Shown here in pieces: positions 50,150-62,964 of a stretch of DNA of 64,000 bases. Location of the stretch: NCBI GenBank assembly GCA_964247055.1, contig OZ176051.1:9052001-9116000 (forward strand). Direction: 5' to 3'. Both the position numbers and the translations under genes were made by a program. The notes under the pieces are model-generated. The model was not told the DNA's origin, ran no database searches, and saw only the letters and a list, made by a program, of their open reading frames with translations. Position 1 is the stretch's first letter. The number at the start of each line of letters is the position of its first letter. This stretch comes from Paragordius varius. Taxonomy: Eukaryota > Animalia > Nematomorpha.

Positions 50150-51240
50150 ATATATTTAGTTGATATCAAAATTTATATTTAAAATTATTGCAAAATGTCG
50201 GAATTTTTGCGTTTATTTTAAAAGAGCCAAAAAATTTAGGACTTTCAGAGCCCACATCTAAAAAGTTAAACCAAAAGCACCATGATAATCTTGATATTTT
50301 CCTATCAGAATATATATGTATTTTATCTGGGTATTTTTTGTGGAAACTGTGTAATATACCACACCGATTATGTAAAAACAGGCAAAGTATGTTTTTATTA
50401 TGTACTGCGTCAAATTTCAAAATATCTGGTCACATTATGATATGCTAACACTAAAAACTGCGGCTTGACACTTTTTAAATTTAATGGAATTTACATCTTG
50501 AAGCATATGTCCATTTAAAACCTGGTACGCATAATCCATAAAATCTGGCTAAATTTGCCAAGAGCTACCAATCATTTTTAATTTCACCTAAAATTCGTCG
50601 CAAAGTGCCCAGTTATCACTGCTTAACATGGTTTGCAGTTACCTAGTGGCATGGAAAGGCCAAAACAAAAAAATTGAGTCCCCAAAAAATTTTTAAAATT
50701 TAATTTTAAATTTTGTATTTAATTTTAAAAAACAAATTCCTCGTGTGCATATAGTTAAATATTTAACCGAGCAAGTCAATACAATGGTATTTTAAAGCCA
50801 GGTTTCTCATTATAATTTTAGAAATGAAATATAAAAATGATCCAAATATACCAACCCCAGTATACGATACCACAGAAGATTTTTTTATTATTTGAAGACT
50901 CTAAAAAATGTTATTGATGATCCTTTAAAATATAAACTGCCCAAAATCGCTGATGAAGGTTTGATATCTCTTCTCGAGAAATACGTCTTGACGAGAGGGC
51001 TTGTATTATTCGACAAAGAAATATTTAATATGTTAATTAAAAATTATATATGTAAAAAATCTTTAAGAATATAAAATCAAAATATATTTCTAAGAGCCAA
51101 AGAATAGAAACGAGCTATCATATGGTGTGTGATGATATCCAGGCGGCTTCCACAATCTCTGTGAAAATCCCAGCAATCCTATAATCATGCCTATGGCAAA
51201 GGTATACAATAATGGGGTATTTAAAGTCCGGTAAGGACTG
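50150..51240 (-). pseudogene. Second decayed NRF-6/OAC-like locus, paralogous to 33775-34298
   Basis: 50640-50790 (acctagtggcatggaaaggccaaaacaaaaa...) and 51070-51240 align with 33775-34130. The flank 51260-51450 aligns with 34660-34860. The downstream part gives YSDRKISRLSWCFWF. Many stops. Confidence 0.45.
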
Positions 51241-51489
51241 CAATATAACGTAGTAACATAATAACTTTTTATTCTAAAGTTATATTTAATTTTCTGTCAA
51301 TTTTCTCTTGTTTTTTAAAAATTCACAAACCTATAATATCTCAAAATTTCAATTGAGGGATCAATTTTTTACAGATTTGGTTTTAGAACACTGAAATTAG
51401 TCATAAATTAATATGAGTGGTGGTATTCAGAAATGACCAAATCGACTAGTGTTATTTATTGTAAATATAAAAAATGAATAATGTTAATG

Positions 51490-52430
51490 TTTTAGTATAT
51501 GTACTGATTGTTGCAACCAGAGGCCTTCTGAATCAACATTAATTTTGTATTTTAATAAAATTAAGATTATATATAAAAAGAGCTACTCAAAAATATTTTT
51601 TCGTAATATTTAATGGCCTATACTAGTCACCCCAATTCGTAAATGAGATATAATTTGTATCATATCTGTTTAATTGAGGAATGCATATTTTAATACTTAA
51701 TACTCATACGTGCATGCGTAAATTTTCTCCCAAAAAAGTGGCCCGCGGGAAAAGAAGGTTGGCCACCCCGGCTTTAAATGCTCGAATGTGTATTTTTGCG
51801 AAGATGCGATTTTTACAAAAAACTGGCATAAACTTAAAATCAATAGATTAAATAATTAACACATGCTATATGGTAAATAATATACACTCTACTCCTTATT
51901 GTGTGAAGTTTTTGAAAAAAGGACATTTGGTTTTTACATCGAAACCATTTTTTATTACTCCTCATATAAGCTGTTATTTTTCTACAAGTTATAAAAAATT
52001 TAAATATAATTTGCTTTAAACTTAAAAAAATCATTAATAAATTTTTAAAAAAGTGCTGTACCCTAATACATATTTTTTAATTTGCAACATATTACGACCC
52101 ACACCGGTTCTACACCACCAAAATAAATGGTTCTTATATGTATTATTAACACTTCGATTCAAATTGGGGTGTCTAAAAACATAACCCATTCAAGTTGATG
52201 TTTTGGAAAACTAGTGAAAGTCACGGTTGCATGTTGAAAACCAATGCTTAATTACATGAATAAGCCAAAATAACTGTTAAAATTTTTAAAAAAAACAAAG
52301 TTCCATATTACTTCGATGCTATTTTTATTTTACAACATTTTTCAAACATCGTATATATTGAGAATAACGCTAATATTAATTTTTGATCACATAGGATGTA
52401 AACAGAAAAAAGCTGTATCATCATTATGCT
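51490..52430 (+). repeat. Composite repeat block duplicated at 62965-63925
   Basis: Collinear diverged matches, e.g. tatgtact.attgttgc.accagag, hAT-like end ggttggc.acc.c.g, actctactccttatt, catataagctgttattttt, caaattggggtgtctaaa, acaaagttccatat. Confidence 0.8.
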
Positions 52431-52759
52431 TAGCTAATGGAAGGTCATGTTGACAAATGTGACCGTATATATAGAACCCTGACGCAGCACAAAATTAAAA
52501 CATGCTTTGCCTATTTTTTACAACAGTAAACAATATCTCTATAAGCTCATTAGAAACAATTAAAATATCCAACAAATAAATTTATTAAAACTTAATTAAA
52601 TGTATGTACATATAATTATATCATATGTTAAATATATGGATATATTATATTTTAATGGTGTGTTTGTTTTAAAAAATGCTTTGTCAAAAACAATATTATT
52701 GCCCAATATATGATAACAAAAATAGAGGGAAACAATACATCTAGTTTATATGATGTTGC

Positions 52760-53065
52760 TGTGCAGAATCATTCACACGATCTCATGAAAGTTCTGTTCC
52801 AGAGCTTTTTGAAAAGTTATGATTGTGTGACAGCAGGTAAAACTTTTGATTGATGAAAAAAAGATAAGTGAATGGATAGAAAATTATTTAAATCCTCAGT
52901 CAGTGCGATCAGTTTCTCACTTTCAAATTTTTATTTCGTAAAATATTTGATACTTTTTTAGACATCAAAGCAGATCTGCTAATTTATGCTTGGTGGCCAA
53001 GTGTTGTAAAATCAGATGAATGCCCTGATTTAACTGAAAATTGGCTCCCACAAATATTGCAATGA
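52760..53065 (-). mobile_element. Possible BED-finger/hAT transposase N-terminal fragment
   Basis: VHCNICGSQFSVKSGHSSD then, after a frameshift, ILQHLATKHK resembles the C..C...FS..H.G..D...H....KH finger of hAT-derived proteins. Short and broken. Confidence 0.3.
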
Positions 53066-53701
53066 ACCTATTTTAATTATTAAATTTACTTATTTCATTC
53101 TATAAATATACCATTTTTCAATAAAAGACCATTTTTCCAAACCGAAAGATTTGTTTTAACCAATTTAAACATAATTTAGGTTTCAAATATTAGAAAATTT
53201 TGTCTAATAACATATATGTATCTATGTAAATTACAAAGTAAATTAAAAGTTTTCCTATGAGCGATTGAAACCTAACCGTTTTAGTTTCGGTCCGGTACCA
53301 TTCGATTTTAAAACTTTTGGATTTTATTCCAATTCCATTTTTGAGTTTAATATAATCAATTTATTATGATAGTAGCCAAAAACGAACAAATACAAATAAT
53401 TAAACAAATTAGAATATTTTATTTATAACATTAGAATTGAAAAAAAAGATGGTAAAAAATATAATGTTACCTGTGTTTTAGAACCGTTGCGTTTGATAAG
53501 TTATAGTCGCTTTGATGGGAGCTATAAAATATGTTGTAACGCTTCATAAATCAAGGCACGGAAAAGAAAATTAAAATGAATTTTTGTTGGTGTATGTGTG
53601 TGTTGTAAGAAAACTGGCTACAAATTAAAGTTTAGGGAAGTACTGTCATATATCCTTTATATTATAAAAATTTTTTTTCTTTCGTTAAATGGGTATATAT
53701 A

Positions 53702-56700
53702 CACTGTGTGCAAAAAAGAGAATTATTTTGATTTAACGAAAAATTTTTTATCATGAGATAGCTTATGACCAGTGTAGTAAATAAAGAAACCGTAAAACAA
53801 TAAGATTTATTGAGATAAAAAAAAACTAAACTACATACAGTTTGCGATGTTTATATACTTTTTGTGAATACAATATTTACATGTTAAGCCAAGGTAAAAT
53901 AACGTGTGCAGGTTAAATACAAAATTGATACAATAATTTAACTCATATATAAAAGGTCATCAAAATGTATTCAAATCTAATATATAAATTGGTCTCGTAG
54001 GTTAACTAACTTGATCTATTCTAATCTATCATATCTCCTTATCCAAATCCGAGCCGATCTGCTGCTTTTCTTTCCCTAAGAGGATATCTCCTTTCAGGTT
54101 CTTTCTCAGTTGTCTTTTCCCTTCTTATTTCAACCTGGGTGTCTTTCTCGTTTTCTTTTTCTTTGCTTGGTTCCTCCCCCACCTCCCGATTATTGGTTGT
54201 AATCCCTTCATCTGTTTGGTTTATCGTTAAATTATCCTCCTCCTCAACGCCGTTCTCGACTCCGGTCGGCCGTAATTGATCCGCATGCTTGCGAAGTGTT
54301 CGATTTCCATCTTTAACCGTGTACGAGAGTACCCCTGTTCTCTCCAAAATTGAACCTTTTCTCCACCCTAAATTGATTTCATTCTTTATGTACACTTCTT
54401 CGTCCGGTCTAAAAACTTGATTAGGAATTATGTCGTCCTATAATTGTTGTGCGGGTGTTTCCCTAACCCAAGAGAAGGGGGTATTAATCTGTCTTTTCAG
54501 AAATAAATTATACGGGCACTCTTTTGTGGCGCTATGTACGGCGGAGCGATAACCCCATAACACTTGGTTTATTTTTTGTCAGGAGTCAGCTTAGAATCCG
54601 TTAACGATTTATAGTGTGCTTTTAAGGTGTAAATGACCCGTTCCACCAGCCCATTTGTTCGTGGATGATAGGGGGCGCTAGTGACGTGTTTGATGTTTGC
54701 TCGTTGCAAGGTCTCATTAAAATCTTTCGATGCAAAATATGCAGCATTATCGTTAACGATCATTCGGGGAAACCCGTACCTTACACACCAAATTTCCAAC
54801 CAATGTAGTATGTTTGCAGAATTAACAGTTCTTAGCAATTCGACTTCAACCCATCTGGAGCTACTATCGATAGCTACTAACCAATACAACCCATCTATAG
54901 GACCGGCAATATCAAGATGTATCCTTTCCCAGATACTCGTATTAAAATTCCATTTGTACGTTGGATTACTTTTTATGTTACTCCGGTTTAACTGACACCC
55001 CATACAAGATCTCACATAACTTTCAATATCTTGGTTTATACCTGGCCAATAAACCCTAGCCTTGGCAGACTCTTTCATTACATTAGCCCCCGAATGTCCA
55101 ACATGCAAAAATTTTAACGTTTCATTTCGCGACGTCCTGGGTATAAACAGACGATCGCCCCAATACAACAAACCATATGATTCTTGTATTTCGTTTCTTA
55201 TACTCAATACCGAATTTAGAATTGGAGCTGACCAATCATTATGATGCAGAGCCGATTTTAATGCCATCAAAAACTCATCCCGTAACGTATTTTCTTTCAT
55301 TCGCTGTACGCTTAAGTTGTCAGTTGTTAGAAAGTTGATTTGCCTGGGTTGCTCCTCAACTTCCTCAGTCGGTTCTTCATACGGTAGACGAGATAACCAA
55401 TCCGCTAAATTTTCCGAACCATTAATATATTGTATAGTAAAATTATAATCGGCTGTTCTGAGTATCCATCTTACTAATCTACTATTGTTAATATTACTTA
55501 GATCTCTCTTAAAACCAAACAACTTGATCAGGGGTTTATGATCGGTTAATAATACGAACTTTCTGCCATACACAAACATTTTAAATTTTTCTAGCGCATA
55601 TAAAATTGCCCTTGCTTCTTTTTCAATTACCGAGAAATGTTGTTCTGCCTTCGCACATTTTCGAGACGCAAAAGCTATCGGCCGTTTTCCCTCACTTGTC
55701 ATATGTGATAAAACTGCTCCGAATCCGTCATTCGATGCATCTGTTTCCAACACTAACGAAAGGTTCGGGTTAAACAATATTAGACATAATGCATTACTCA
55801 CCAACAGTTTAGCTTTATCAACCCTCTCTTCTTTTGTCGACCAACACCATTTCTTAGAACCTGTAAGCGCATGTAAGTCCGCGATTGTAGCATGCAAAGA
55901 TGGAATAAACGAGCGTGAAAATTTAACATTCCCAAAAAAGACCGAAGTGATGTTTTATTGGTAGGTGTAGGACAATTCAAAATTGCTTTTACTTTTTCGT
56001 TATCAGGTTTAATTCCTTTGTCTGAAATTATATATCCTAAGTATGACACTTAGGAACGAGCTAATTGGATTTTATCCTTTTTTAATTTCAAACCCACAGC
56101 AGTTTATTTGTTCAACACTTTTTCTAAATTATCCTTATGCTCCATTACCGTTGTTCCACTAACAATTACATCATCTAAGTAAACCGCTGTACCTGGACAA
56201 TCTACTAATAACTCATCCATAATTTGTTGAAATATCGTGGGTGCACTAGATATTCCAAATGGCAGTCTCTTAAACCGAAAAAGGCCTATATGTGAACTAA
56301 ACGTGAGTAAATGTTGATAATCTCGGCATTTGCCAGTAAGCTTCTTTAAGATCTAAGGTCGTAAAAACTTTTCCTGGCCCGATTTTAAACACTAACTGAT
56401 CAAACGTTGGAATCAGATGATCTACAGGAACCAGACTTGGGTTTAAAGTAACTCTAAAATCACCACATATGCGAATATCGTTATCATTCTTTTTAACTAT
56501 CACCAATGGAGTTACCCAGTCAATTCGTGTTTGCGAGGGGTTTATGGACTCTATAATACCCAAACTTTCAAGCCTCTTTAATTCACTCTCCACCTTAGAC
56601 TGAAGCGGAATAGGTACCCTCCTGGCTAAATCTTTTGGGGATACTCCCTTTCTTGAGAAACAACTTGATGGGTGGTCCCGTGTAACACCCCATACCCTCA

Positions 56701-59236
56701 CAAAACAAATCCTTAAATTTATTCAATTCCACGTAATTAACATTTTTTACACATACAGGCTCTGGAAATCTGCATTCAAAACTTTTCTTCCATGGTAACC
56801 CAAAAATGTTACCCCAATCATCCCTAGTAACCATACATTCCAACTGTTTGACCATACCATTCCATTTCACATCTACCACACATTGTCCCATCACATCTAC
56901 ACCTTGCTGGTTGAACCCAACTATTGGACCCGCGGGAGCTAAGGTCGGCCTCCCAATCTCCATCCACGTGCTCTTCCCAATCAATGATATTTGAGCTCCG
57001 GTATCGTACAACATCCTCACCCAATGGCCATTCAGACTTGCTTGCGTTCGGGCTTCATTATTATTATTGTTACCATTCAGTATATTAACGCGCCGGCAAC
57101 ACCTGCCAAAATGACCACGTCCTTTGCATCGGTAACACTCCTTGTTTGAAGCGGGACACCAGTTGATCGCATCGTATCCACATTTTCCACATTTTTTTCT
57201 TATCATCATAACCTGCCTATTGTCGGGACCCTGATTAATCAAACAGCTGTCCGCCTTTTCGTACGCCATTGCCATTTCTACCACCATCTCCAACGTAACC
57301 GGTTTCCCATCAACCATTGCATCTGGAAATTTTGTGAACAGATCTATTTCCAATCTTTTGAGTTGTTACCCTCCCACAAACCCATCTCTGATTCTTAGCA
57401 TTGCATCTTGCCCAAAGTTGCACCGGGTAGCACATTCCTTTACTCGAATCAAAAAATCCATCACTGATTCCGTGGCTTCCCTTCAGAGTTGCGTAAACTG
57501 GAACCTGGCTGCAAACACATTGTATGTCGGAGCAAATATTTTTTTCCCAGCTGCTACCAAAGCATCCCAGCCCACTTCCTCTAACAGTACGGGATAAAAG
57601 AATTTCTTCAACTTTGGAATATGGGATAGACCAATGTAGGCCAATAGTAAGTTTTTTTTGTTTCGTCATCTTCTGGAATTAATTTCACTTTTAAGATTCT
57701 CTTTATATAATCGATATAATCATCAAAGCTAGTTGCGGGATCATAGCCTTCCAGACTTCTTTCTCCATGCGCGAATGTAATGAGGTAAAAAATATTCGAC
57801 CGCGCCAAATGTAGTAAATAAAGAAACCGTAAAACAATAAGATTTATTGAGATAAAATACTAAAACTAAACTACATACAGTTTGCGATGTTTATATACTT
57901 TTTGTGAATACAATATTTACATGTTAAGCCAAGGTAAAATAACGTGTGCAGGTTAAATACAAAATTGATACAATAGTTTAACTCATATATAAAAGGTCAT
58001 CAAAATGTATTCAAATCTAAGATATAAATTGGTCTCGTCTAAGGTTAACTAACTTGATGTATTCTAATCTATCAACCAGTGAATTTATTTGCCGCAAAAT
58101 TTTTTATTTGTTGACCTAGTTAATATTGAGAGAAAATCGAAATCGGGCAAAAAGCGAAAATTAAAGATAATTAAGGATAATTCAAAAAATAATGATAAAA
58201 TTTGAGATATTATGGTTTATTATCATTTCAGGATATATTTTCAATATATAAATAGCCTAAAATCATATAGTTAGGGTTTCCATATAATTTTAGCTCAAAA
58301 GATGGGGCTTTAACACACTCACAAGACAAATTTTTTACATAAAACTATATCAATATATTTTTTTAATTATTCACTAGCTAAACTCACTATTAAAATCTTA
58401 GCATCCATATTCTATTCAGTAAAAAAACTTATATATCAAAATAAAACCAATAACATTGTTTTTTATTTTTGCATTTTTTTGTCATCTGGTTTATGAGTAT
58501 ATAAAAAATTTATACTGCTTTTTTTGGATTCTTACATGATTAGGATTATTAAGTATATAGTTTATGCAAAATAGGATTGAAAATTAGTGGAATATCAACC
58601 AACAATCCGTACAAATCCCAATACAATTATTAATTTGTCATAAAACAGACTTGTTAAAGGAATTTGTAAGGATTGTTGGTTGCTATTCCACTACTTTTAA
58701 ATCCTATTTTGCATAAATTATATACTTACTAATTCCCACTCATGTAAGAATCCAAAATAAAACAAAATTTTTTATACATTTATAAACCAGATGACAAAAA
58801 ATTAAAAAAACAATATTTTTGGTTTTATTGATATATAATTATTTTTTACTGAATAAAATATGAAAGTCAAGATTTTAATAGTGAGTTTAGGTAATAAATA
58901 ATTAAAAAAATTATTTTAATATAGTTTCATTATTTTTTTGTCTTTTAAGTGTGATAAAAGTAAAACGCCATCCTTTGAGCTAAAGTTGTATAGAAACCCT
59001 AACTATATAATTTTAGGCTAATTAAATATTGAAAATACTCCTAAAATGATAAACCATAATATTTCAAATTTTATCATTATTTTTTGAATTATCCTTAATT
59101 ATCTTTTAATTTTCACTTTTTGCCCAATGATTTTCCCTCATATTTCAAAAACTAGGTTGTCAACAAATAAAAATTTTTGCGGCAAATGAATACGCTAGTC
59201 ATAAGCTATCTCATGAAATTAAATTTTTTTTGCACA
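53702..59236. mobile_element. F1 fold-back family copy interrupted by the gypsy element
   Basis: cactgtgtgcaaaaaagag start; resumes after the TSD at 58080 (tgaatttatttgccgc); palindrome centre ~58640; ends ttttttgcaca at ~59236. Confidence 0.85.
53773..58074 (-). mobile_element. Full-length Ty3/gypsy LTR retrotransposon (Mag-like), gag-pol disrupted
   Basis: LTRs 53773-54031 (259 bp) and 57810-58074 (265 bp), TG...CA, differing by about 3 substitutions and 2 indels; TSD accag; PBS tggcgcggtcga; PPT ggataaggagata. Domains in gypsy order: two CCHC knuckles, protease (MLYDTGAQISL), RT (RICGDFRVTLN; YLDD at ~56170-56181), RNase H (LETDASNDGFG), integrase (H..H..C..C; RIHLDIAGP; SAPYHPRTNGLVER). 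Several frameshifts and a premature stop at 54569. Confidence 0.96.
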
Positions 59237-59379
59237 ACAAGAACTCTATGGCAATAACAATATCATATTCATCAAAAAAGTATAAGAATTACCATAGAGC
59301 TCTTGTATTTTCCATTTAACAAATTTATACCCATTTAACGAAAGAAAATAATTTTTTGATAAAATAAATATATGACGGT

Positions 59380-60016
59380 AAAAATCAAGAAACATACCTC
59401 TACCTAATGAGAATATAAAACCAAGTTAATTTTTTACCACAAAAAAGGTTATATCAAAATTATATGCCAAATATAATGAATTTGAAAAATAACACGGAAA
59501 ATTTCCGTTTGACAATCATAATTAAAGTAAAGTCAAACAAAATCTAACTGAAACTTACATGAAACAAAAATGAGTTTTCAAAACTTGATCAAATTACTAA
59601 AATATAAATTTATCTTGTGTTTATTTTATAATTGAGGTCGCTTTTGCGGAAGCCCTGAGCGAAAGGGTCCTTAGCCTAAATCTGAAGTCTGTATTTATAG
59701 TCCCGCCACTATGCGAATGGCTGCCTTTATAAGCGATTTGATCGGTCCAAAACCCAATTCCAGGTATAATTAGAGCAGAAAATAAAATATTAAAATTAAA
59801 AAAGGCCATAGTTTTTTACCGCAAAAGGAACCATTTACTTTTTATTTTAACAAAGGATACTCTATCAAATTCTCCTTTGTATAAATAAAAGTTAATTAAG
59901 ACATATTTATAAAAAAAATTATTTTAAAAAGCAGTACAAAAGTCAGCGCAGTACAGGCGCGGCTTTTTCCAAAAACCAGTACTGTACTGCGAAACACAGC
60001 CTATCTAGTCACTTTA
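59380..60016 (-). repeat. Right arm of the long inverted repeat (partner 49087-49720)
   Basis: Ends gtactgtactgcgaaacacagcctatctagtcacttta, the reverse complement of the left-arm start. Confidence 0.8.
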
Positions 60017-60329
60017 ATATTGACCAAATATTACCTTAAGGTTTATCCATCAAATATGTAATCTAAAGCATTTGTAAATAAATCTTTTTTATATTTCGGA
60101 TGCAATATTATATAAGTGCAAATTTTTGTAATGGTTTCAGCTTATCAATATTTTTGAATATTAAACAGGCTTGGGTTCCCCAAAGACCAATTAGAGGACG
60201 GAAATGAATCCGCAAGTGTTAATAATTAAATTTATAGTATAAATTATTATTTATTGCAAAATAACCACCATAATTAAATTTTGTTATTTTTAAATTATTT
60301 TTTCTATGAAATAATCTTATGATAACTTT

Positions 60330-61760
60330 ATTTTTTCTTATCATATAGAAATAAAATTTCCGTGTCCTGATATAAGACCATAAACTATGTATTCTAGTAT
60401 TATAGCTTATGTCAAGGAAAATACGATTTATCCAGGCTATGCCTTTCTAACTGTAAAATTTTAAAGTTACTTAAGCTAATTCTACCATAAATTTTTACTA
60501 CTAAACCATATACTACAGTCTATAACCAATTATCCATAACAGAAACACTATATATAGGTGGTATTCAACTCGCACCCCAGGGGCTGTATGTAGATGATTT
60601 TAAACTGATTTTTTATGGCCATAAAATTTCAAAATCAACATATCATTATGTAAGTTTATATTAGCAGGAATTGCGGCTTATCACATCATAATAGGTATAA
60701 ATTTAGTGCCAATAATCAAAAAACAAGGATATCGCCATTTATATAATGTGATACTTAATTTACCGTACTCATATATGCTTCACAGCCAAGTATTAAGTAT
60801 AAATATACGCTACATATACATCTATATATTTATAAAAATGGAAAATGCTGGCTTTGTGATCTGGTACAGGAAAACCGGTAGATACATTCGAATCCAAATA
60901 TCGAAAAAATATAATCATTAATTAATGTCTCGACAATAGCTTCGCCCTTTTTTGGAATTAGGTCCCCAGTTCGGGCCCACCCCGTGTGAAAAATGGGTTA
61001 AGTCAATTTTTTGGAGAACGTGTTAGACCATTCAATTTCAAATATGATTTTTGTATACTTATTTTTGATCGCGCTGAACATAGTCGACTCACTTTTTTGA
61101 TTTAGGCCCTCTTTTTACCCGCTACCCCCTAAAATGTTACCTTTTTCAAAAAAAACAAAGTCCACAAAATTAATTTTTTACTAAACCATATACTATACCG
61201 TCCATAACCAATTATCCCTAACAGAAACACTATATATAGGTGGTATTCAACTGGCCAGGGGCTGTATGTAGAGGATTTTAAACTGATTTTTTATGGCCAT
61301 AAAATTTCAAAAATATTAAAATTTCATTATGTAAGGTTATATTAGCAGGAATTGCGGCTCATCACAGCAATATGCATAAGTGCCAATATGATTAAAATAA
61401 GGATATCGCCATTTATATAATGTCATACTTAATTTACCATATTCATATATGCTTCACAGCCAAGTATTAGGTATTAATATACGCTATATCTATATATATT
61501 TATATTTTCTCCAAACCTAATACCAAAGCCAGGAAATTCTCTGAGCTTTTGGCACTCGGCTGTCCGAAAAAGGTACCAAATATGTAATATTTAATACAGA
61601 AGTCTTCCACCAAATAACAATTATTTACATTCGTTTGACCATATAATTAAGCCTGAATTTTCTTATAGTTATAATATGTTATAATCATAGCAACCTGATG
61701 TCGTGTAGAAATTTGGATAAAAACCACTTATTATGAAAAACAATTAATGAAAAATAAGCA
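60330..61760 (-). pseudogene. Third decayed NRF-6/OAC-like locus with an internal ~340-bp tandem duplication
   Basis: Minus-strand fragments NNCY/WWK/LLY (~61620), TW/YLAV (~61460 and ~60790) and IIYIQP..RVEYHLYIVFLLWIIGY (~60590) follow the NRF-6 motif order C..WW..LLY..N..C..TWYLA.D.Q...Y.QP..R. 60497-60835 is repeated at 61177-61502. Confidence 0.45.
60850..61176 (-). repeat. Repeat family R1, copy 3 (reverse orientation)
   Basis: Reverse complement of 35090-35441 / 3975-4302. Confidence 0.8.
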
Positions 61761-62964
61761 ACCAAAATAGAATAGGTTTTAAATATTAAAAACAGGTTCC
61801 AAAACTGTTAATATTTTTAAGGTAGCAACTCGGTTTCGGTTCCCCTTTTTCGAACTAGTTTCTAGCCATGAATTCTATTTTAAATTAACTTCTTAACAAT
61901 ACAATTAATTTACAAAAGTTTTTAGGATGAAAGCATTCAAATTAAATAACCATTTATATATTCATATCAAAAATTCGATCAATATACCATTATAGTTATA
62001 TAATTTACATTATAAATTTTATATTATGAAACCTAACAATATAATATATATATCTTGTAGTTTAAATTGCGATTGAATTATTATATCAATTAAGCATAAA
62101 AGGTATTTGTTTAGTCTGGACTAAAACCTATCGATAAATAAAAAGAGCCAATCAGTACTCTACACATAATAGATTAAAAGAAAATGTATACATGTAAACA
62201 CAACAATTTTTTTTAGAACTCACAAAACATCCACTCTTTATTTTATTATTTTTATTAATTTTTTTTCATCAAAATTTTATCAACAAGTATGTGGATCTTT
62301 CTTGTATTAATAATTATAACCCGATTTATTTTGGGAAAAGCGATTTGCATACTACTCATTTTGTTTTGAGTCCATTTGCAAATATAATGGGAAGATCGTA
62401 CAAAATAACATTTATTTTTAATTGATTATTATCATTACATTCGAAAAAACTATTAATAAAATAATTTTTTATATTATTTTATGGTGAACAACCTTTAGGG
62501 TTTGAAGGAAGATTTTAAGATTAATATTTAATTAATAACTCTAAGGTATTTTCTAGAATCAAATTTTTTTGCAAGTTCCCGAAATTGATATAATTAGCAT
62601 ATTATATGTCATGTTAAGTTTTTCTAAAAATTATCCTCTTTTGTATCTACCCAATTTGAATAGGTTAAATAGCCAAAATTTATCAAATAAAAATTTATTA
62701 ACAAAGGTTTTAATTACATATAAAGCCTAAACATACATATATAGTTTCCAAAATAATTTTCTCCATGTTTTAAAATCTGTCAAGTGTACACCACATTTAC
62801 AAAATCCACAAGTTAACTTGATCATATGATTTTTATCACCTCCGAATCAAGTTTTATTGCTTGACTTAAGTCATCTAATGTTAAATTTTTTGATCATATG
62901 AAGCAAGCAAGCCATGACTGAAAAAAAACTTAGTTAAAAATTATTTTATCACCCCACGCAATGT

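Noticed and set aside
54681-57669. Antisense and alternate-frame ORFs within the gypsy element (54681, 55062, 56806, 56824, 57310, 57334)
   Set aside because: Shadow ORFs of the GC-richer gag-pol region with no independent evidence.
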